Both the position numbers and the translations under genes were made by a program. Shown here one piece after another: positions 52,940 to 64,000 of a DNA stretch of 64,000 nucleotides. The stretch is from Eledone cirrhosa (lineage: Eukaryota): NCBI GenBank assembly GCA_964016885.1, contig OZ024743.1, positions 355,012,001-355,076,000 of the forward strand. The letters run 5' to 3'. The notes under the pieces are model-generated. The model ran no database searches. It was not told the origin of the DNA and saw only the letters and a list, made by a program, of their open reading frames with translations. The first letter of the stretch is position 1. The number at the start of each line of letters is the position of its first letter.

Positions 52940-53110
52940 TATTAGGCCGTGGATTGGCAGTATCGGTAGAAGACTTTGCAGCCTAGAGTTACGGCCCTTT
53001 GCGGTCTGAGTTCAAATTCCACCGAGGTTAACTTTGCCTTTCAACCTTACGGGGTTGATGAAATAAAGCACCAGTAATGCACTGAAGTAATTGCTGGCTT
53101 TGTGCCATTC
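52940..53110 (+). mobile_element. tRNA-derived SINE (abundant octopus-type family)
   Basis: tggcag.. A-box-like, gagttcaaattcc B-box-like, then gaggt..actttgcctttca..ggggt.gat.aaataag.accag; relatives at 32140-32225, 56440-56590, 56600-56800 (+) and 22890-23000, 54875-54962, 55610-55705 (-). Confidence 0.7.
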
Positions 53111-54399
53111 ATATACGATTGATCAGCCGAAATTGCGATAAAAAAACGTCCTATGGCCTACAGTACATTGGCCCATTCCCGCCCGATTTATTCTGGGGAT
53201 CATTTGGATGAATTTTGTTGCATTATAGATGAGGTAAAGTTGCTAGATCCAAGTTCAACCATTAGCGTAGCCGATTCTGAGAGTATCAACGAGAGAGTGT
53301 TCGACTCCAGCATTTGGCCTTGCTTTGATTATCGCTTGACCTGCTAGAAATAACAGCTAAATTTCTCTCACCATATCTAATTCAACCGTCTCAGAAAATG
53401 ACTAATGGCATGATGTGGTAATGGGTTCCATGAATTCGGAGGAAACTTGGAATGGACATAGCTGGAATGCCTTCGATCATAGGCCTGGTCGATCATGGTA
53501 GGTCAAGAGATGCATAAAATGAAAAACAACAGAACAAATCAGGAGCATTCTCATTAGCTCATAGAGATCCTAATTGTTTTTGTTTTCGTTTCTGTTTGTT
53601 AAAATGAAAAAATGAAATTTGTTCATATAATTAATTAGGTTAGGGCATCACTGTCACACATTAACATTCAGACATCTATTATTTAGATATCCTACTTTAT
53701 TAACACGACTTTAGCGGTTTAGTTGGCCTCATACCAGATTGAATCTCATAGGGGACTTCTCAGGTGAGTGGACTGACTAATATGAAATAAAGTTCAAGGA
53801 CACAGCTCTGAGCATAGTCTATGAATTGAACTCATTATCATCTGGTCGTTAGTTCAACACACTAACCACTAGGTCACGCACCTACAACCGTATTGTAAAG
53901 GTTACGAAACAGATCTGCTTGAGCCTACTACTGTCTAAAAGTTTGCAGTCGCTGAATCATGCCAGAATTTCTTGTCTTGTTACAAATTGTGGCATAAAAG
54001 TCAGCTGAAAGGCGACGTCACTCGACATAAACCACCAATAACGATCAGTTTAAATATATCAAACAACAACAATAACAAACAAGCATAGTGCATTATATCT
54101 TGTTGAACGACATATTTTGAAAACGACTCAGGGACATAACAAGCTTTCTCATAAATTAAGAATTGTTTGCCCAATTTGATATATAGCAACAAAAAGTAAA
54201 AATCGGATATATTGACAAAACTTGGCTGCAAATTTACAAGAGAAATGAGAAATAAAATAAGCGGTTTTCAGTTTATAGATATACAAGTAATTCCGTATAG
54301 TGGCACACATACCAATTTACATTTACTTATATACCTATCTCTCTCTATCTATCTCTCTATCTGTCTATCTGTCTATCTGTCTATCTCTCTATCTATCTA

Positions 54400-54800
54400 T
54401 CGATCTCAATTGATTCCCTTCTTTAAGTATCACTTTAGAAGAAGAATCAGAGTGGAGAGAGAGGCACTGTAACCCAGTAAATTTACTGAAAGGTGGGTGA
54501 ATGTGACAAAAATGGCCCGAGTGATTGGGCCTTCTCTGTTTATAAGCCTGTAGGTTGAAGAAGACAACAACAGGAGGAAGGAGCACTTGCACAACACGCT
54601 CCTGAGCGTGTTGTGCAAGTGCTCCTTTTGTTGTTCTATCGACGGGTATTAAACAACCCATTTGTGGCGCCTCCCCTCTATTGGGGATTTCGATTGTTGT
54701 AATTGTTTGTTTTTATATTTTTTACACGACTGTATGTAAAATCCCCGGCATGTCTTTGTATTGTCCCTTTTTCTTGTGCCCCTGTGGCTAATAAAGAAAT
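54400..54800 (+). mobile_element. 5'-truncated Tx1-like LINE 3' end related to 389-860
   Basis: FFKYHFRRRIRVEREAL*..ERWV..MARVIGPSL aligns with FFKFHLKRKIRVEREVL..ERWV..MARVNGPTL; ends tgtggctaataaagaaa; flanked by (TCTA)n-like repeats. Confidence 0.75.
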
Positions 54801-55047
54801 ATATCTATCTATTTATTTTTCTGTATGCACGTAGACTCTCTATCTCATTCTACACGTACACTCCCATATATATTTAATTGTTTCTACTTTTGGCACAAGG
54901 CCAGCAATTACCCAGTTCATTACTGGTACTTTACTTTAACGACCCCGTAAGGATGAAAGGCAATATATATATATAATGAAACAGTTCTAGTCCTGTAGAA
55001 GTCATTTCTCTTTCTCTCTCTCTCTCTCTCTCTTTATATATATATAA

Positions 55048-55613
<566 letters not shown>

Positions 55614-55899
55614 GTTTCTACTTTTGGCACAAGGCCAGTAATTACCCAGTTTATTACTGGTACTTTATTTTATCGACCTCGTAGGATGAAAGGCAAAGTT
55701 AACGTTAATGTATGAAATGAGCTGAAGAGGTTAAGAATTCTGTTGTGGTTTCTTTGCTTGTCTTATTCCTCATTATATGCATATATTTATAACTTCCAAT
55801 GAATTCGTAAGGGTTCTGTCATGACACATTGGGAATTTTTTGAAACCTGACCATCCATCTCTATACGTTATCATAGCCGACTTCTTCCAGAGATAGTTA

Positions 55900-55939
<40 letters not shown>

Positions 55940-56035
55940 AGATGTCAACATGAATGGACCTGTTATTTTTATCTAAAAACATTTTTTCCAAATCCACACC
56001 GCCCGTCCCTTCAATCTATCTAATTTCTCATTCTT

Positions 56036-56070
56036 TCTTCTGATGAAAGACTAGTGTCCGAAACGTTAAA
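56036..56070 (+). ncRNA. Minimal hammerhead-like motif
   Basis: CTGATGA-aagactagtgtcc-GAAA-cg-TT; stems weak. Confidence 0.45.
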
Positions 56071-56157
56071 ACCCTCTTCCTGTTATTTCAAGCGTTAACC
56101 TAATATAATTCTTTCCATATACTATACCGATTGTGTTGTTATTTCTGTTTACTTTTT

Positions 56158-56334
<177 letters not shown>

Positions 56335-57161
56335 TGGATAGAGGAAGAATCAAATCTAGTACTGGGTTGTTACATTTTTATCGATCTGATAGGCTGGAAG
56401 ATGGGCTTGATCTCAGAGCACAAAGATCCGGAACGAATATCAACAAAGAGTTACGGCCCTTTATTGTCTTAGTTCAAATCCCGCGGAGGTTAACTTTGTC
56501 TTTCATCCTTACGGGGTCGATAAAACAAAGTACCAGTAATGCACTGGGGTAATTGCTGTCCTTGTGCCTAAATTAGAAACAATTATATTACTATTCTAAT
56601 AGGGTGGTGGATTGGCAGCATGATGGAGTTTTGCAGCACTTGTACCGACACATAACATTCTGAGTTCGAATCCTGCCGATGTCAATTTGTCTTTCATCCT
56701 TCCCCGTGTCGATAAAATTAAGTACCAATCAACTACTATGTTTAATGTAATCGACTTTTTTCTCTGTCTGAATTGCCTGTCTTGTGCCTTAATTAGAAGT
56801 CATTGGTCTAAACATGATTTCTTATCATTTCAATTTGTCTATTTGTTTAGAAGTATTTTCCATAAGGAAAATACTTCTGAAAATACTATGAGAAACTACC
56901 CTCGTTTTATCGTCTGAATTCAAATGCTGGCGCCTATGAAATAAATTCCAAGTTAAAGACTGCAGAGTGGCAGAATCATTAAAGCACCGAACAACAAGCT
57001 TTGTTGAATATATTCCGGCTCTTTATGTTCTGAGTTCCCAGGCAGGTGTAGTAGCAAAATTATCTGAAAGTTAACCATACTACCCTGATGACGCTCCAGA
57101 TGTTCCTTCAAGACGCCAATGAAAAAGCAGTAAAATTGTAGCATGTATCTATCTATCAATC

Positions 57162-57204
<43 letters not shown>

Positions 57205-57504
57205 CGATATTAAACAAATGGAAACTATATTTATAAAACCATATTTATTTCGTTATATATATTTCTGGGATATCATATTAAAAATATGGTATGCCTTCCT
57301 CACACAAAATACAATATATAAGCTATTTTATAAATAATTTTGACATACCTTAGAATAATGCAACTTCCATTTAAAAAGTTGATTTGGTAGTGTCGTAAAC
57401 CTACTCCAAAAAACTGTTGAGTGCTTTTATATCAGTTATAAAATATTTACTCGTTGTAACCCAACAATTTTAAATAAAACTTTTGCATATATATATATAA
57501 TACA

Positions 57505-57585
<81 letters not shown>

Positions 57586-57869
57586 CATATTTATATATAT
57601 ATAATACATATTTATATATATATATATATATTAAAATAACAGATTAAAGTTTAAGCAAAGAATCGCTAATTTCATCCTTAACGGGATCTTATAGTGTAAG
57701 CAGTACGGTGAAGTACTGGTGTTGGTACCAAATCAAGCACTCTATGCACAGGCAGAGTGTACATAATAGAAAAAACGACGAAGTTTCGTTGAGGATATGC
57801 CCAAGGTAACCCATAAAAGTTATGGACTCGACTACAGTATCGATCTGCTCCTCAGACTGGTGATGCGAC

Positions 57870-58336
57870 AATATATTTCATTTAAAAACAACAGATAGCC
57901 TGATTGGAAATAGTCTTTTAAAGTGTTAATGTTGCAAAAAACTATACGCATTTCAATGGCTTACTTACATCATCTGATCATAATACAAAATGTAGGCGAT
58001 TGAATAATGGCAAACAGAAAGAGAGAATATAGAATAGATTTGAATCGGAGACGGTCCACCAATACTGTGTTATATTAATGGAGAACCATTCGGAGATGGT
58101 TTGCCATAACACAGTATTGGAAGACCGTCTCACTCAGAATCAAATCTATTCTATTTGCTATTATTCAATTAATTAATTTTGTAGTTAACTAATTTTGCCT
58201 GATAAAATCGCTTACGTCTTGCATCATGATCGGATGGTGCAAGTAGACCATTGAAATACGTATTGTGTTATTGTACCATTAACATTTTCAAAGAATATTT
58301 CCATTCCAGCCTTCTGTTGTTTTTAAATGAATATTT
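57870..58336. repeat. Diverged ~470-bp palindrome (MITE/foldback-like)
   Basis: ttcatttaaaaacaacaga / tctgttgtttttaaatgaa at the ends; ccaatactgtgttat / ataacacagtattgg near the centre. Confidence 0.7.
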
Positions 58337-58766
58337 AATTCTGTTCCAGCACCAGCCACGGGATAACACATCTACGAAGGGTGATGTACACACGTCGAGT
58401 GCTTTAATTAATTATATCATGATTTACTTAACCGATTGGTAAACCACACAACATAAATGGTATATATATATATATTTATATATATATGTGTGTTTTTATG
58501 TGTGTGTGCGCGCGCGCGAGGGCGCGTGTGTCTGGCTGTGTGTATGTGTGTGTTTATATATTCGTGAGAGCATATATATGTGTGGGTTTAAATTTTTATT
58601 CATTGAATGACGACGGGTTGTATGTAGAGAATATGTTTGCGGATGAAGAGATATCCTGTCACGCTGCCAGTCACGCTATTAGTAAGACAAAACTCACGCT
58701 TACACACACTGACATGCCTTCACGTATATATATATATATATATATACACACAATATATATATATAT

Positions 58767-58955
<189 letters not shown>

Positions 58956-58967
58956 TGTAATCAAATA

Positions 58968-59033
58968 TATTTTATTATATATATTTCGGAGGTACTGTGT
59001 TGTTTCCTCAGTACGTTCTCATCAGATAAAATA
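58968..59033 (-). ncRNA. Minimal type I hammerhead ribozyme
   Basis: tattttat-CTGATGA-g..gtactg..cagtac..c-GAAA-tatata-TA-ataaaata; 8-bp stem I. Confidence 0.7.
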
Positions 59034-59766
59034 TATACATTGATGTATGACATACCTCAACTGTGCTGATGGTTCAATTCCAGTCTTAGCAGTGTGTGTG
59101 TGTAATTATTTATCTATCTATCGATATATATATATATCGGTAGATAGATAAATAATTACACACACACACACACACACAAAGACATATATATATATGTCAA
59201 GTCATACGCACGCCTGATATATTCAACGAATACCTATCTACCTATAAAAGACCTATTCATTTTAACACATCTATCATCCCTCTCTTGACTTCTCTTCTTC
59301 TTCATCACACACTCACCGGCTCCGATCAATCCACTTTACCCCCATTACATCCTAAAAATGATATACCCCATTCTCACCCCACCTTTCTCTCTCTCTCTCT
59401 CACTTTCTACATTTCTTCCCGTTCCTCTCATCAGCAATACCCGATACCCACCGACCCTTCGACCAGACCTTCCCCTGTCTATGTAGTAGAATATAAAGAA
59501 CGGGTGGTATTGTCTACTAATTTTCTCAGTTCAAATGTTATCAAGCAAATCTTCTGACATGTCTACTGTCACTCATCAACTTAGGCGTGTCTGTGTGCTG
59601 TGTGTGTTTGTGTGTGTATTGATATTATACCTTTGTGCGCATATACAATCACCCAGAAGTACGTATAGATGCACCAATACATATATACATATATGTTTTT
59701 TCATATACTATTATGTGTTATACACCCAGATACATACACAAATATATATATATATATGATTACACA

Positions 59767-59844
<78 letters not shown>

Positions 59845-59937
59845 CCTCTCTCTCTCTCTCTCCCTCTCCCTCTCTCTCTCTCTCTCCTTTCTCTCTCTCT
59901 ATATATATATGTGTGTGTGTTTGTGTGTATATATATA

Positions 59938-59991
<54 letters not shown>

Positions 59992-60135
59992 TATTTGTGT
60001 GTATGTATATATAGGGAGAGAGAAAGTGAGATGGATGAGTGAAATGTATCTGTATGTGCGTGCATATTCATACACACACACACGCAATTATTTGAACTTA
60101 CATATCTACACATGGATTCACACACACACACACAT

Positions 60136-60229
<94 letters not shown>

Positions 60230-60404
60230 AACGATCGACTTTTCGTCAAATCGGACCGAGAAAACAATGTTTCCATTGGTCTTTCCAGTTGCTAATACTA
60301 TCTATCGGTCGCAACTCCAGGTAGTAGAAGCAACGTGAAATAAAGTGTCTTGCTCAAAGACATAACGCATCGCCCGGTCTGGGAATCGAACTCACAACCT
60401 TAAC

Positions 60405-62578
<2,174 letters not shown>

Positions 62579-62580
<2 letters not shown>

Positions 62581-64000
62581 TGACGATGCCTTTTTTACTG
62601 TCTTAAACTGTAACTTAGTTAACCTTAATACTATTAAAAATAATATACTTGATCTATTTAAGCACCATACCCTAAAAATTGAATTTGAAAACAACGTCAA
62701 ACTAGCTAACTTTCTGGATATATCCCTTAATCTTGATACCGGCCTATATTACCCTTACCATAAAGACAATGAGAATCTAAATTATATTAATTTTAAATCT
62801 AACCACGCCATTAACGTTAAAAATGCTATAGTCAGTAATGTTGAAAAAGGAGTCTCAAATCTATCCTCTAATAAAGTTATCTTCGACTCTAATGCCAATT
62901 AATATAATAATGCGCTTTCCAAAGCCGGTTATCCTGACAAAATTAAATACAGTAAAGAAACCAATCATCGAAGGACTTATAGTAAAATAGTTAGTTATGA
63001 ACATTCCAATAACCTAAATAAAAGACCTAGATGCAAAAATATGATTTGATACAACGCTCCTTTTTCTCTATCTATTACTAGTAATATTCCTAAACTATTT
63101 TTTAGGGCCTTAGATAAATGCTTCCCTCCCTCGCATATCTATAGTAAGATCTTTAACAAACATACAATCAAATTCTCTTATCCCACCACTTCCAACATCT
63201 CTAACATTATCTCTAAACATATTAATAAAATATTAAATAATAAATTATATCCATCCAACACTGAGCGTCATAATAATAGCAATAGTAAACCCGACGTCAA
63301 TGTTAACTCTAGGCTAGATTCAGTAAATTTAAATACATCAAACGAAACTTTGTCGAATGTTCATAACACCAATCTAAATCAGGAAAATTTAGCACCTATC
63401 GTAAATAACTTCTCCAATCTAATTCCTTCTATAAATAATACTAGGTCACTTGTTAATAACTCTGGTAATTTCTCTACTCGTAATTGTAATTGCCCTGTTA
63501 GAACTAAATGTCCTCTTAATAACCAATGTCTTGATAAAAATTTGATGTATGAATGTATTTTGGTTCCACTTCCACTTCCTTTAAAGCAAGATTTTATAAT
63601 CACAATTCGTCTTTTAAATACCAACTTAAAAGAAATAACACGGCACTCTCATAACTCATATGGTCCGTAAAAGACAAAAATATTAACTACAACATTTCTT
63701 GGAGGAAGGTTTGCAACGCCTCTCCTTACCGTAATTCTTCCCTATCCAGAACATGTAATCTCTGCCTAGCCGAGAAATTTACCATTATCTCTAATTTTAA
63801 TTCTATAATAAGTAGACGTAGGGATTTATTTTCGCTCTGCTTGCATAAATCCCATAGAACTTTCCATAAAGTGTACAACTAATATCTGACCACTTAATTA
63901 GTTTAAAATCTCTTTTTCTCAAACGCTTTTATATCTTTTACAAATATACCCATCTTTCTACCTTATTTCAGTATATTATATTATACAATTTACTCATTTT
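62579..64000 (+). mobile_element. PLE family B copy, sister of the 48790 element, disrupted; runs off the window
   Basis: Colinear with 49402-50660 (NFLDISLNL, SNH, CNC..CPL..CL, CNLC); stops and frameshifts. Confidence 0.85.

Noticed and set aside
52940-53030. tRNA gene
   Set aside because: A/B-box-like motifs belong to a SINE head; no cloverleaf
57086-57135. CTGATGA..GAAA hammerhead candidate
   Set aside because: Stems I-III do not pair convincingly

Overview
Eukaryotic, repeat-saturated intergenic or intronic DNA with no host protein-coding gene that I can support. The recurring tRNA-type SINE and the abundant (TA)n/(CA)n tracts look like Octopus (inference, not verified). Contents: a decayed Tx1/L1-type LINE; an RTE LINE with an uninterrupted ORF, three C2H2 fingers and a YADD->YADY change; two RLE-type (R4/Dong-like) LINE 3' ends; an RNase H LINE remnant; a Helitron-like element; SINEs; and many Penelope-like elements (PLEs, RT + GIY-YIG). 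The dominant unexplained signal is RNA-structural. By eye I can fold about 20 type I hammerhead ribozyme (HHR) motifs from many unrelated families. Four of them lie in ORF-less 316-647 nt units with partial tandem duplication inserted into (TA)n (retrozyme-like or non-autonomous PLE). Many insertions are also fold-back inversions that would form long dsRNA. All folds and coordinates were read manually, so boundaries are approximate.
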